The notes: generated by a model not told the origin, from the letters alone. Positions 43,505-59,671 are shown, numbered from the stretch's first letter. The stretch is 64,000 bases of DNA from Eledone cirrhosa (GCA_964016885.1 OZ024751.1:39990001-40054000); one strand, 5' to 3'. A program made the numbers and translations.

Positions 43505-45879
43505 GTGTGTGTATATAGTGTATGTATGGTGTGTATATGAGTTGCAACGACACTGGTGCCAAGCTGTGTGGGTCTTTGTCTTTGCTCTTGGATATCATTG
43601 GTTGCGTGGAGAGGGGAGACTGGTATGCATGGGCGACTGTTGGTCTTCCACAAAATGTTTTTGCCTGAGTTTGTGCCTCCGAGGGGAACTCTCTATCTGC
43701 AAACCCATTGTCTGCCATTACTGAAAGAGACCGCCTCATATTCTATAAATGCAGAGAGTAGTCCAAAATTGATGTGGGGAAACTCTGCTTTGAACATTAA
43801 TGATAAAACAAAAATCAAATAGCAAGTTTTTTTAGGCGAATATAATGACCATAGGACGATTTTTTTATAATCGTGAATCCTTTTGAACATGAAAAAATTA
43901 ATATTAGCTGTATGATATCTGCGATAATGTAATCAGTGTGTCTCCAAACTAAATTGGTGAGCTGATGAAAGGGTTCAATTCATATCAGAACATAAAAATC
44001 TAACAGAAATAATTCGAAGTTGTTCTAAGAATTTGTGAATCAGATCGTTTTTTTGTAAATTTAAAATAAAAACAAAACATTAGAACTCAACAAAAGAGTA
44101 GTGGAGACGATGTAATTGAAATGGCATTCATAGATGCTATATAATCATTTAAACATCGTATGAAAACATTAGAATATCTTTAATCGTGTGATCTGAGCTT
44201 TTAAAGCATTGAATTCATTCATTTCATTCAGCAGCTTGAAATGGTTTCTAAATTTCTGTTGACTGAATGAAAAAAATAGCAAATGAGAGTGATCTTGATG
44301 ATATCACACATTGGTAGAAACATTGATATAGAAAATATATATATCGATCGTCAAGTCGGACCAAGGAAACAATGTTTCCATTGGTCTTTCTTTTGCTGAT
44401 TACTATTTGTCGATCACAACTCCAGGTAGATGGAAGTAGGAGTTAACCTCGGAAAAACTCAGAACCGGGTCACATGCCGTAAAGTATCGTGTTCGAGAAT
44501 CAAACTATTCCGTCACTCCATCTTTATTTATCAAATCCCAGGAAGAAATGGAAGGCAAAGTTGACTTCGGTGGGGACTTATTCTCAGAGTGCAGTTAGTC
44601 AGAACAAACTCCAAGGCATTTAATCGAACTCTTTAACATCGCTGCCTTATAAACAAATATGTATATAGCGTTTTTACATGGAGAGTGAGGTAGCTGGGAT
44701 ATGGTCTCAGCTTAAAATATTCACAGCGAGACTATGTGTCCACCATTATGTACGAAATTGCATTTCCCAGTGGGTGGCTGATGAAGAAGGGGGAGACATT
44801 TTGTTCATTCGTCCCATGTATTTCATTTTTGTTTTGCTTGTTTCTTTTTTTTTTTTGTTTCATTTTTGTTTATGTGTGTAACTTTGCTATTTATTATGCA
44901 TATACAGATTGTAAATGAATCCATATACGCTTTTATTCTGCCCCACGCTGTGTTAGTTCTATCGCTAAATAAATAAATATATGTCTGGTTCTGAATGAGG
45001 CAATTATTTTAATATAAGTATACACCGTCAAAATATCCTGTGATGGTAAAACGTGTTTTTAATATGAACGAAAATAGAAACATTTTCTGGCAGAATTTAA
45101 ATCGTGAGAATATGATAGGAGAATGAAAGGAATTCAAAAGACAAGCCTTACCACACTCACTCAATCCGCTGAATCTCCATGAGTATTATGTTATGGGTAC
45201 ACATATCTGTGGAATACTCAGCCATTTTTACTGTGATACTAGGTAGACTGCAACTGTTATCAATGGTCCAGCCATGTCACACACGCTGCGTCAAGTTGAA
45301 TCTCCCTGAGAATTATTCAGTAATACTTATACAGTAATACTTACTAAACTCTACCTGTAATTCAAAGGGTCAGTCATGTACCATGTTTCATGCTTTATCT
45401 CCTTTAAAATTATTTTAAAGGTACACGTGCCTATGGCATACTCAACTAACATATTAGATGGACTGTACCTGTAATTTAATGGTCCAGTCCTGTCACACTG
45501 AATCTCCCTGAGAACTACGTTATGAGTACGCATGTCCTTGGAATACTCTACCACTTACACGTTCATTTCACGAATAAGTCGAAAGCAACGTGAAAGAAAG
45601 AAATTCAAAATGGAGATTTTAAATTTGCTTAAAAAAACCCACTTCGATGGTAAAGTAATGAAAAACTCAACGATGTTAATATTAAAATAAAGTTGACACT
45701 AGCATGTGAGGAAGATGTAATGCCTAGGATTGATCTGAATAATCTAAAATTTTAGGGAAATGTGTAATATAATGAAATTAAGACATTTTGATGGATCAGT
45801 CGTCAAGATTTTGGAGGGAAAGTTTGATGTATTAATTGAAATTTGATAAAGGCATAGAAGTTGTCAGTGTTGTTATTGA

Positions 45880-46310
45880 ATATAAAAGAGGCGGGGCATC
45901 CACTGGCTTGCTTGGTATGCATGGTAGGAATGTTGATTTAATAATACTACAGCCGTCACTCGCAATCGGATATGACTTGGTATTAAGTACCATGCTTTTG
46001 CTAAAGGTTTTAGGAGCCCATGGAGCTGTTTATAGGACAATGACACAGACAGGGACTCAGACACCCTCTCGACCCTCTTTCCCTTAATCTATTGAAACAT
46101 CTGGGATGTAAACACTGGCGGGATAAGAAGATTGCACAAGAACTAGGCTGCTACTTTCTTTATCCGTATGAGCAAGACGGACTTTTCAAAACCAAGCTGA
46201 GGTCTGTGGAGGGTGAACTAGAATATGTGGATTTAATCTAGGAGCAAATTCATGACAGGTTTACCAGCATGCTCGTTGAAGGGCTCACGTCAACGAAAGC
46301 TCTAAAAGGA
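45880..46310 (+). pseudogene. Heavily decayed Tc1-like transposase remnant
   Basis: GGACAATGAC (QDND-like) and CTTAATCTATTGAAACATCTGGGAT (LNPIENIWD with two 1-nt losses), then EQIHDRFTSM resembling the Tc1 C-terminal SMP motif. An upstream TATAAAAG is present. Confidence 0.4.
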
Positions 46311-46617
46311 TCAAGAAAAACAAAAGAAGGAAGAATAAGGAATAAAGTTGATGTGATTGAAAAAATTGCTTAGATTAATATCAAACTTCAAATCCTGAAT
46401 TGATATTTTATTCTCATTTTCTGACATGAATTGTTTTGCTAAATCGGATTTAAAAGAGGAATATCAGCAGCTAGAAATGTGTTGTGAAGTTAGAACGATA
46501 GAGACACCATTAGCTCTATTAAGAATGACACGTAGTCCATAAGGAATACAAAACTGTCAACATTGTATTTCAGAGAATAATCGAACAATGTGTTGCAAAT
46601 GGCATTGTTAATGTTGA

Positions 46618-46685
<68 letters not shown>

Positions 46686-46692
46686 TTTGTAA

Positions 46693-46732
<40 letters not shown>

Positions 46733-47006
46733 TATAATATATTTAGAGTTATAAACTCAAACAGTCCTTTACAATTAATTAGCTCAAAGAAAGAAGCATT
46801 TCTGAGCCGTGAAATACAAGTTAATATAAATTAATATATGATAAATACTAATATAAACATATAAGTGTTTGTATTGTAAATGACCAAGTTAGCTAGATTG
46901 AAAAATACTAATTAAATTAATACAGTTTGCCTATCTCGATTTAAAATAATAAATCAATAAAAACAAACCCATATTGGCAATAACCGTGATACCCGGACAA
47001 ATTTAA

Positions 47007-47067
<61 letters not shown>

Positions 47068-47093
47068 TGTATGTATGTATGTATATGCATATG

Positions 47094-47143
<50 letters not shown>

Positions 47144-47185
47144 TATATATACATATGCGTGTGTGTCTGTACACAAAATATATAT

Positions 47186-47237
<52 letters not shown>

Positions 47238-47255
47238 GTAAAGTAGATAGATATA

Positions 47256-47425
47256 GTTACGGCCCTTTGCATTCTGAGATCAAATCCCGCCGAGGATGGG
47301 TTTGCCTTTCATCCTTACGGAGTCGATAAAATATAGTACCAGTAACACACTGGGGTCGATTTAATCGACTCCCCCCCCCCCCAATTAAATGTTTGGCCTT
47401 ATGCCTAAAGTAGAACCCATTATCA
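47256..47425 (+). mobile_element. SINE family B
   Basis: GCCTTTCATCCTTACGGAGTCGATAAAATATAGTACCAG. Confidence 0.8.
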
Positions 47426-48452
47426 CTATCATTATGAAGTGCATGGTAGTAAGGAAATAGTGCTGGGTAATTCAATATGTTGCAGCTATCTCTTGTGAAC
47501 CTGTAGAGTTGATTAAAATGTTTTCATTCCAACGTAGCATGTCAAGTCTAACGGAATCTAATACTGTGTACGGGTTGGGTGATGTTATCTATGTCAGAGA
47601 GAACATGCAAGGAATTGTACTAACGTTGTATGGTTGTATACACACACATACAAATACACACGTATACACACACATACAAACATGCTAACACACATTCATA
47701 CACACACAAACAAACAAACTAACTAACACACATACAAAGGCATATAAACACATACAAACACAAACTCATACACAAACACATACAAATAAACACAAACACA
47801 CACACTCACACACACTCACACATACAAAGGCATACACATACAAACACACACTCACACATACACACACAATCAAACACACACTCACACATACACACACAAA
47901 CAAACACACACTCACACATACACACACAAACAAACACTCACAAATACACACACACACAAACACACACTCACACACTCACACACTCACACAAACAAACACA
48001 CACTGACAAAACTGACAGGTTATACACACTATATTCAATCTTCCTTTACTTAACACTTCTATGTATGACTTTACATAAAATACTCTTTAACACGTGCATG
48101 CACGTGTGTGTCATAGACGGTTAATTTTCTCCTGTTTAAGATGTCACCCAGTAGAGCCAAAATATTGTGTTTGACAGTGGCTACCGTGTATGCCTTTGCT
48201 CATGGAATGACTTTCTTTTCAGTCTTTCAGAAACCAAATGTATTTGGATGGGATGTGGCATAACTCTTATTTCTCAATCTAGATAAATTCGTCACCTGTA
48301 TGTATTTAGCTTTAAAGGTATTCGCAGTTAAGCTAATATACGGTCTACCGATTGTTCTACATTTGCTCTGTATACTATTTATTGTCACAAGCATGTTCTA
48401 CTCAAAGAGCACTTGGTCTCCTCTCTACAATTGCATACAAGTTGGGTTGTGT

Positions 48453-48564
<112 letters not shown>

Positions 48565-48779
48565 ATATGGGATATATATATATGGGATAACAAGTTATCG
48601 TTATAGGTAATCCAGTTAGAGGTTGTGAGTACTCTGCGTCGTGGACGGTAATTTCTATGCAGGTTATACTTGGAGTAATAATAGTTAAACAATGAAGAGT
48701 AACATGGTTGGCTGTACAATAAGTACTTTAAATAAAGCCCCTTATTATACACCCAACCATGTTACTCTTCATTCTTTCA

Positions 48780-48821
<42 letters not shown>

Positions 48822-49057
48822 ATGTTTCCTTATCTGCCAATAATGCAACCCCAAAAAACACATTTTAGATATTTAAACAATTAGGCGTTGTGTTGAAAAC
48901 TCTACCGAATGGAAAGCAACGAAGAATAAACCGTTTCCATTCAACAACAGACTTAAATCTCCCCCACCTTACCACACCCCCACCTTACTGATAGAACATC
49001 CGAAATATGCACGTGACATCAATTACCTATAATTAGTGCTATTATGGTAGGGTTTTA

Positions 49058-49292
49058 TTGCTGTTGCTGCTATTGTTCTTGGTGTTGTTGCTGTTGTTAT
49101 TGTTGTTGTTGTTGTTGTTGTTGTTATTCTTCCTGTTTCTATTGTTGCTGTTATAGTTGTTGTTGCTGTTATTGTTTTTGTTCCTGTTATTGCTATTTTT
49201 TCTGTTGTTGTTGTTATTGTTCCTGTTGCTATTGTTGCTGCTATTGTTGTTGTTCCTGTTTTTGCTATTTTTGCTGTTGTTCTTGCTGTTGG

Positions 49293-49324
<32 letters not shown>

Positions 49325-49556
49325 CTGCTGTTGCTGCTGCTGTTATTGCTGCTGCTGTTGTTTTTTTTTGTTGTTATTGTTATTGTTCTTGTTAAAAAGA
49401 ACCCATTGAGAATATATTTTTCAATCATTAGCAATTAACAGTTCTTATGACTTAATTAAGACATTCATCGGCGTTATGCATTTCTCTTTCGTCGCTTTTT
49501 ATTGCTCTCGTTGATGTTGCTGCTGTTGTCGTTGTCGTTGTTGCTGTTGCTGTTGC

Positions 49557-49589
<33 letters not shown>

Positions 49590-50010
49590 CGTCTTTGCCG
49601 TTGTTGTTACTGCTGTTGTTGCTGTTGTTGTTGCTGTTGTTGTCGTTGTTGTTGTTGTAGTTGTTGTTGTTGTTGTTGTTGTCGTCGTCGTCGTCGTTGT
49701 TGTCGTTGTTGTTGCTGTTGTTGTTGTTGTTGCTGTTGTTGTCGTTATTGTTGTTGTAGTTGTCGTTGTTGTTGCTGTTGTTGTCGTCGTCGACCCCAGT
49801 GTGTTACTGGTACTTTATTTTATCTACCCCGTAAGGATGAAAAACAAAACTAACTTCGATGGGATTTGAACTCAGAATATAAAAAGGTTTTAACAATAAC
49901 ATTAGTTTGGTGTTGCACAACCGATATATTGCTTAAGGTTGTTGTGACCACTATTTTTGTTGTTGATGATGGTGGTGGTGGTGGTGGTGGTAGTGGTGGT
50001 GGTCGTGATA

Positions 50011-50042
<32 letters not shown>

Positions 50043-50082
50043 GGTGGTGGTGGTGGTGGTGGTCGTCGTCGTGATAATGATA

Positions 50083-50114
<32 letters not shown>

Positions 50115-50295
50115 GGTGGTGGTGGTGGTGGTGGTGGTGGTGGTGGCGGTGGTCGTCGTCGTCGTCGTCGTCGTCGTGATAATGATAATTATAATGGTGA
50201 TGATGGTGGTGGTGGTGGTCGTCGTCGTCGTGATAATGATGATGATGATGGTGGTGGTGGTGGTGGTGGTGATAATGATAATGATGATGATGGTG
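49058..50295. repeat. (GTT/GCT/GTC)n and (GGT/GAT)n trinucleotide blocks (SINE B fragment at 49789-49878)
   Basis: Directly visible. Confidence 0.9.
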
Positions 50296-50406
50296 CAAAT
50301 TACTCTAAATACTGTATTGCGACTGAGTTTTTTGTCGTTTGTATTGGATACAAATGTCCAGATTTTTGTTTTGTTTTCATTACGTATATATATATATATA
50401 TACAAC

Positions 50407-50492
<86 letters not shown>

Positions 50493-50550
50493 GATATATA
50501 CATATATATATATATACGTACACATATACATATATATATATATACACAAC

Positions 50551-50628
<78 letters not shown>

Positions 50629-50673
50629 TACATATATATATATACATATATACATATATATATATATACATAT

Positions 50674-50736
<63 letters not shown>

Positions 50737-50779
50737 TACATATATACATATATATATATATACATATATACATATATAC

Positions 50780-50810
<31 letters not shown>

Positions 50811-51000
50811 GTTGTATATATATATACTATTTAAACGCGTAGTTGTTTGATGTAGAATTGTGTGTGGTTTTTATGTATTGTGTTTGAAGTTGTCCTTGAT
50901 TTTTATGGGGTTGGCTGTTTCCGCTATGTAATTTGGGTTATATTATTTTTCTGTTGCATTGTATGGTGTGTTTTTTATTTTAGTCGCGTCTATAATTTTG

Positions 51001-51113
<113 letters not shown>

Positions 51114-51261
51114 TGTGTGTGTGTGCGTGCGTGTGTGTGTGGGGGGGGTGCGTGTGTGTGCGTGTGTGTGCGCGCATGTGTGTGTGTGTGTGTGTGCGTG
51201 CGTGCGTGTGTGTGTGTGTGTATGTGTGCGTGTGTGTGTGTGTGTATGCGTGCGTGCGTGT

Positions 51262-51300
<39 letters not shown>

Positions 51301-52176
51301 GTAGTATCGATGACTGTGATTGTAATGTTGTCGTATGTACTGCAATGTCTATGTGATGATTGTGGTGTATTGTTGTGTCTATGTAAGTATGGTGTCTGTG
51401 GTGTGTCTGTGTGTGTCTGTGTGTGTCTGTGTGTCTGTGTGTGTGTGTTTCTGTGTTTGTCGGTGTGTGTCTGTGTATGTGTCTGTGTTTGTGTGTGTCT
51501 GTCTGTGTTTGTCTGTGTGTGTCTGTCTGTGTTTGTCTGTGTGTGTCTCTGTGTGTGTGTTTCTGTGTTTGTCTATGTGTGTCTGTGTATGTGTCTGTGT
51601 TTGTGTGTGTCTGTCTGTGTCTGTGTGTGTCTGTGGTATTTGTGTGTGTGTTTGTCTGTGTGTGTCTGTGTTTGTGTGTGTGTGTATGTGTGAGTCTGTG
51701 TTTATGTGTGTGAGCTTTGCGTCTGCGAGGGTTTCTTTCTCTCTCTCTCTCTCTCTCTCTCACTTTGTGTATGTGTGTGTATGCGTGTTTGTGTGTGTCA
51801 GTGTGCGTTTGAGTGTGTGTCTGTGCGTGCGTGTGTGTATGTGTGTGTGGGGTGGGGGGTTCAAATATTCTCACAAAAACTACCATACAACTACAAACAA
51901 AAGGAATAGTTATATAACTAAATCCCCCAAATTATTGATTATTTTCAAAATTATTTGAACACCATAGCTAGTGTCCTTCATTAGAAATGGTAAGGAATTG
52001 GTTAAAGACATTCCAAAATTCCAATTGTAACTAACCCTTTTATTTCTAGGCATAGTTTATATCATACATTGGTATATATATATATATATATATATTATCA
52101 ATGTATGATATATACTATACCTAGAAATATATATATATATATATATATATTTCTAGGTATAGTATATATCATACAT

Positions 52177-52240
<64 letters not shown>

Positions 52241-53702
52241 CTAGGTATAGTATATATCATACATTGATATATATATAAGTGTTTCTACTTTTGGCACAAG
52301 ACCAGCAATTCACCAGTACATTACTGGTACTTTATTTTATCGACGCCGTAATGAGATGAATTTAAACGTTTCATTGTGATTCTTTCTGTATTGTAGATGT
52401 TGTTGGGATGAAGTGATCCCAAAGTGATCGCTAAGTGGTCCCTATTGCCAACTCCGTTAAGATCTACAACTAACAAATGGAAGACAACACTAAATCGATC
52501 CCTATTTACCAGTTTAAATTCACAAGAAGTAAGTAATTATTTATTTATTGAGAAAAAGTTGGACAAATTTCACAATTTTTTTAATATAAAAATTATACAA
52601 ATTTCACAATTTTTTATATAAAAATTGTACAAATTTCACAATTTCTTATTACGCAAATCACACAATTACACATTTTTACAGTTTCTGATTGCACAAATTA
52701 CATACATTTTACAATTTTATGTTGCACAAATTACACACATGGTCAGACACATTGAATAACGTAGTCCTGAATATAAAGGAAATACGTGTTGGTTATTGTT
52801 GGAACAATTTTGTTCCTAGTTCTGCATGCTTAGGTCTGACCTAAGGTCGATAAATAAAGTACCAATCTATCAAGGGTGATGGTTTAACTGAATTGTTAAA
52901 GAGTAGTGGCGTGGCCCAAAAAATCAATTAAGAACCAGTCCAGGGAAGTTGACTGGCTTAATTGTAAAATCACCGGGTTTGATACCTTGTGATACTTATT
53001 CTGGCTCTTTACATTATAACAATAATTTCAGATCCCGATCTGACGCCCGACTTTGATGATTGTTTTAATCAGACTCCCTGTGAGCCCTTTTCGGAGTCCG
53101 CTCTGTTGTATAGTAAGTATTCAGGCAATATCTTTAAATTGATGGTAGGCGCAATCAATGTGACATAGTGGGTCACACTGATTTTTTTCCCCTTTTCCCA
53201 ATGGATGTCTGAGGAATACTCAACCACGTTTATGTTAACTTAACGAATATATAGATTCAGTTGAGAGAACAGCTGAATGTTCACTGTATTGTAAAACACA
53301 ACTTTCCTTCAAATATTTTTTTTAAACTGTGATTAAGTAAAAGAATTATTTTTAAAAGGAAGATTTTCTCGCAAGTTATATTTTTTTAGTGTTCAGAAAT
53401 AATGAGCTAATTTTAAAAGTAAATATCTAAAAACGAAATAACTAAAACATAAATATCTAGACTAGAGAGGAAGAAGAAGAAGAAGAAGAAGAAGAAATGT
53501 GAGGTTTGTTGAATTATGTATTATCTAAATATCCTTCTCCTGTAGATCAGAGATGGTGTAAATGTTAGGGTTGGGGTTGCGGGGGAAGTCATATAAAATA
53601 GAAAATTTCTATCAGCAACCAAGCAATTTATTTTCATTTTATGTTTTTTATGTGTGCATATATACATGTGTGTGTGTGGAGAGAGAGAGAGAGAGATAGA
53701 GA

Positions 53703-53776
<74 letters not shown>

Positions 53777-54818
53777 TAATGAATTTACATACATATATAC
53801 ACTGTTCAGCTAATATATATATACTGGATCGATAAAATATAGTACCAGTAACACACTGGGATCGATTTAATCGACTTCCCCTCCCCAAAATTGTTCGCCT
53901 TGTGCCTAAATCACAAACTATAATTATGTATTGTTTCGTTTATTATAAATCTTGCAAATTTAAAGAAACCCGTAGAGTTATTATAATAACAAAAGATAAA
54001 ATTGATTGAAAATTTTCACATTAGAAATACGTTACTGAAATATTTGTTAGAAAAAAAATTGTTTTTAAATCCCTTGATATTATCACTCATAAATCATCAG
54101 GGAAAACTGTTCTTGCTTCGAGGTGATTATACTAATCGACAATATAAATATTTTTTGTTTTTGAAAATGTGATTTTTACGGTTCGTATTTTTTTGTTATA
54201 GAATTGAGAAAAAAAATTGTTTTTCTAACTCAATTTATTTCATTGATCAGATAAAATATCCAATAGTTTTGCATTATTCTTATAATTTATCTCCCTCAAT
54301 ACCCTTCTTTTTTCGTTTGTTTTGGGGATTTCTTCTTTCTTTTCCCCACAATTTATTTTGTACATTTCCAAAGAATTTTAAAGATATAATTTCTCCTTAG
54401 TTTCACTTCCATTAAAAGAGATTTCTTAACATTACCTTCTCTCTATCTTGAAATGAGATTTTCAATAGGCGCAAATATATTTTAGAAACTGCTCCATATC
54501 TTATGGCTGGCTTGGTGGTTTGGGTGGCAAAGTACTACAAGATTATCACCCGAGTGATCCACCATTTATTTCCTAACGCTAGCACCTTGGTACAATGAGT
54601 TCGATGACCAAGACAATTTTACTTTCTAAGTATTTAGCTGTGCATAAGTACCGGAAGAGAAGCTCCATCAATTTCCTCAACAAAGCTCAAACTGTACACG
54701 TCCATGGCATCCAAAATAAAGTACCAGTAATGCACTGGGGTCGATTTAATCGACTTTCTCTTCCCCAAAAATGGTTGGCCTTGTGCCGAAATCAGAAAGC
54801 ATTATTAAGTGTTTATAA

Positions 54819-55050
54819 GGGCAGCGGGTTGGAAGTATCGGTATGGCGTCGGACACCTTGCTTTGCAGCATAGAATTACAGCTGTTTATGATCTGAGTTA
54901 TAATCCCGCCAAGGTTAATTTTGCCTTTCATCCTTACGGGGTCGATAAAATAAAGTACCAGTCACGCACTGGGATCGATTTAATCGACTTTCCCCTCCCC
55001 TAAGATTATTGGCCTTGTGCCTAAATCAGAGACCATTATTAAGTGTTTAT
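54819..55050 (+). mobile_element. SINE family B, full length (preceded by a 3' fragment at 54712-54812)
   Basis: Head GGCAGCGGGTTGGAAGTATCGGTA, body and tail GGCCTTGTGCCTAAATCAGA. Confidence 0.85.
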
Positions 55051-55946
55051 ATTTACACACATTACTTAATATATCTTCTATTGTTTCTACCAGGGGAAAG
55101 TTAACAAACAGAATTTTAACAAGAAGTTGCCAATGTCATTAGTTTTCCCTATTATATATTTTTTATAGATAATTATCTATAAAACTCATCAGATAAACAT
55201 ATATACGTTATCTGGTCTGTATTGTTTGATAATGTTATATAATTGTTTAACTTGTTGACGGTCTTTATTTAGAATTGCTTTATTTGTTCATTTATTTATT
55301 CATATCAGCAATTATCGATCGGTGTGTATTGTTTTGTTTGTGTATTTTCGCTGTTTTATAAAAAAAAAAAACAAGTATCTATATATACTTATATATATAC
55401 TTCTACTTCTTTTACTGGTTGTGGTCATTAGACTGCGGCCATGCTGGAGTTTAGTTGACCAGTGGTTATTTTGTTGTGTGTTGTTTTGTTTGTTTTTTTC
55501 AACTCTGATATTTATTTTATCGATCCAACCAATATTTTCTACAGGACATGAAAACGAGGAACGAGCTACTGACATACACGCTTATATATATATATTTTTT
55601 TACAGAACTTATGTTCACCGAATTCACAGACTAGATTCCTTCTTCCTCCCGTTAGACCTGTATGGAATTCCTTCCTTGCTCACATTCCAACCAGGTTTGA
55701 TGGTCTTTATTCTCTATCGTTCACGATTTCACCGAACTTATATTCATGGAAATTTGGGACTTGACTCGTTCTTCCTCACTTTTCGTTGCTTCACCATCTT
55801 TGTTTATTTACACTCTCGCTGTTCCCTTTATTTACATGTCCCAACGACTTTCTTTAGCCGTTGCTCGCACCAACCGGAGGTATATGGTCTTTAAAGCGAA
55901 GTAATACCGATGATGGTTGGAAGATCACTGATGAAGGACCACTTTA

Positions 55947-56058
<112 letters not shown>

Positions 56059-56073
56059 GTATACATATATATG

Positions 56074-56193
<120 letters not shown>

Positions 56194-56344
56194 ATAATAC
56201 ACGGACGAATGATTAATCCTTCATTACGTTTATTGGTTGGTGACGGCGTTTCGCTACTGATCAGCTCAAGGTTCGATCTGTATCCATCTAGCCCGACTCT
56301 GGAATCAATAGCTCGTCGGACCTTTGTAGTAGTAATGACTCCCA

Positions 56345-56496
<152 letters not shown>

Positions 56497-56517
56497 CAAC
56501 CTTTATTCTCTACAACG

Positions 56518-56596
56518 AGGTCCTCAGATCCGTTTCGATTCTTCGAAGCAGATTTTGGAAACTCTGCTTCGAAGAATCGAGACATATCTGAGGACC
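56518..56596. other. 79-nt near-perfect hairpin
   Basis: AGGTCCTCAGAT-cc-GTTTCGATTCTTCGAAGCAGA / 10-nt loop / TCTGCTTCGAAGAATCGAGAC-at-ATCTGAGGACCT. Confidence 0.9.
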
Positions 56597-57115
56597 TTGC
56601 GATTTCAGATGTCAGGTTCGATCATTGCATCGATCGTGCCTCGAGCAATCTAAACGATTGTAATATGTCTAATAAATTTTATTCGCCGCACCACTGATTC
56701 TCCGTTTCTTATGTGTGTGTGTACTTTATATGTTGTTGTTAAATATATATATATATTGAGAGTGATTTTCTCTTCAATACTCCACTGAAGTAGTATAGGG
56801 TAGATTCCATTTGATTGTTTATTGCTGTAATTTATTAAGTTCCTTCTTGTTTTTATGGAGTAGCGGTGATTTCCTGGCACATTAGAAATTTATTGTTCTC
56901 ATTGAGCAGTCTGTAATTTTTTTTTTTAAAGATTTATTCGTCTTTATCGATAAACACATATATATTAGCCTTGTCATTTCTGCAGTTTACGATGTGTTGT
57001 CAATATATATTTTTTAGATTATTCAGAGCTTATTTGAGTTAAGTAATTTATGTTTTATTGTTGTATTTAACTGTATGCATGTGTACCTGTTTGTCCGTGC
57101 CTGAATCTATACGTG

Positions 57116-57184
<69 letters not shown>

Positions 57185-57230
57185 AAATACATATATACAT
57201 AGACATATACATATATATACATACATATAC

Positions 57231-57261
<31 letters not shown>

Positions 57262-57323
57262 TAAACATATACATATATACATAGACATAGACATATATAT
57301 ATATATATATGTATATATATATT

Positions 57324-57357
<34 letters not shown>

Positions 57358-57428
57358 AACATATACATATATACATAGACATATACATATATATATATAT
57401 ATGTATATATATATTTATATATATATAC

Positions 57429-57487
<59 letters not shown>

Positions 57488-57518
57488 TATGTCTATGTAT
57501 ATATGTATATGTTTATAT

Positions 57519-57773
<255 letters not shown>

Positions 57774-57781
57774 CATATATT

Positions 57782-57856
<75 letters not shown>

Positions 57857-57871
57857 GAGAGACGGAGAGCG

Positions 57872-57951
<80 letters not shown>

Positions 57952-57975
57952 TGTGAGTGAGAGAGTGTGTGTGAG

Positions 57976-58127
<152 letters not shown>

Positions 58128-58476
58128 CGTTTATTGCTCTCGCTTTGGAATAATAAATCTGTTGAAGTTTATCGTGCATATTAAGATTGCTTTTCATCCC
58201 TGGGGTTATCTAGGGATTAGTAGAGGATTGGCAGAGTAGCTCACTCAATATAACACAAACATGAAATAAAAATGTTATGGGAAAACACTAGTAAACAACA
58301 CATGCATATTATATGGAGATTCCCACAAAATGAGACGGTTAATGATGGAAGTAATATTGATAGGCACAACAGGAAGGTAAAAACCATTGCTTTTACTGTT
58401 TAATCAGAGAGGGAAGGTTAATAACCAGAATATGCTAACTGGCTTGTAACTAATGAAAGAAACATACCATATATAT

Positions 58477-58525
<49 letters not shown>

Positions 58526-58698
58526 TTATATATATATATATATATAAAGAGAGAGAGTAAAAGAAAGAATAAATGAAAGAATTAAAGAACTATATATATA
58601 CATATATATACATATATATATATATATACATATATATGTATATATATATATATGTATATATATATAATATATATATATATATACATACATACATACTT

Positions 58699-58759
<61 letters not shown>

Positions 58760-58760
58760 C

Positions 58761-58855
<95 letters not shown>

Positions 58856-59149
58856 CATACATTTTCTTATCCATACATACATTTTCTTATATATATATAT
58901 ATAAGAAAAACGAGATCGGAGCAGACAGACAGACAGACAAAGATATGGTACCACATTAATCTATAAACAGACTTTAAGTTAAAAAAATATTGATAGATAT
59001 CAATTTTATTGCTAAATCACCCAAGTAGAAAACTACGGGCACCTGTAACAACAATAGTAAGAATAACTCCCATTAGTACACAGGTGTAAACATTAATGCT
59101 ACATGTAGCTTCCCTCACCTCTTCTAATTAAGTCTTCTTTTATCGTCCC

Positions 59150-59455
59150 TTTCTTTCTTCCGCCTCTTCCTCCTTCTCTTCTGCCTCGTCTTCCATTTCT
59201 CCTTCCTCTTCTTTTTCATCATTTTCTTTCTCTTCTTCTTCTTCTTCTTCTTCTTCTTCTTCTTCTCCTTCTTCTTCTTTCTCGTCTTCTTCTTCTTCTC
59301 CATTTTCTTCTTCTTCTTCTTCCTCGTCTTCTTCTTCTTCTTCGTCGTCGTCTTCTTCTTCTTCTTCTTCTTCTTCTTCTTCTTCTTCTTCTTCTTCCTC
59401 TTCTCCTTCTTCTTCTTCTTTCTAGTCTTCTTTTTCTTCTTCTTATTCTTATTTT
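59150..59455. repeat. (CTT)n repeat
   Basis: Directly visible. Confidence 0.95.
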
Positions 59456-59506
59456 TCATTTATTTCAATTCTCAATATCATTATGAATAACTTTACTTCA
59501 CATACT

Positions 59507-59561
<55 letters not shown>

Positions 59562-59640
59562 TCTCTCTCTCTCTCTTCCTCTCTCTCTCTCTTCCTCTCT
59601 CTCTCTTCCTCTCCCTATTCCTCTCCCTCTTCCTCTCTCC

Positions 59641-59670
<30 letters not shown>

Positions 59671-59671
<1 letters not shown>

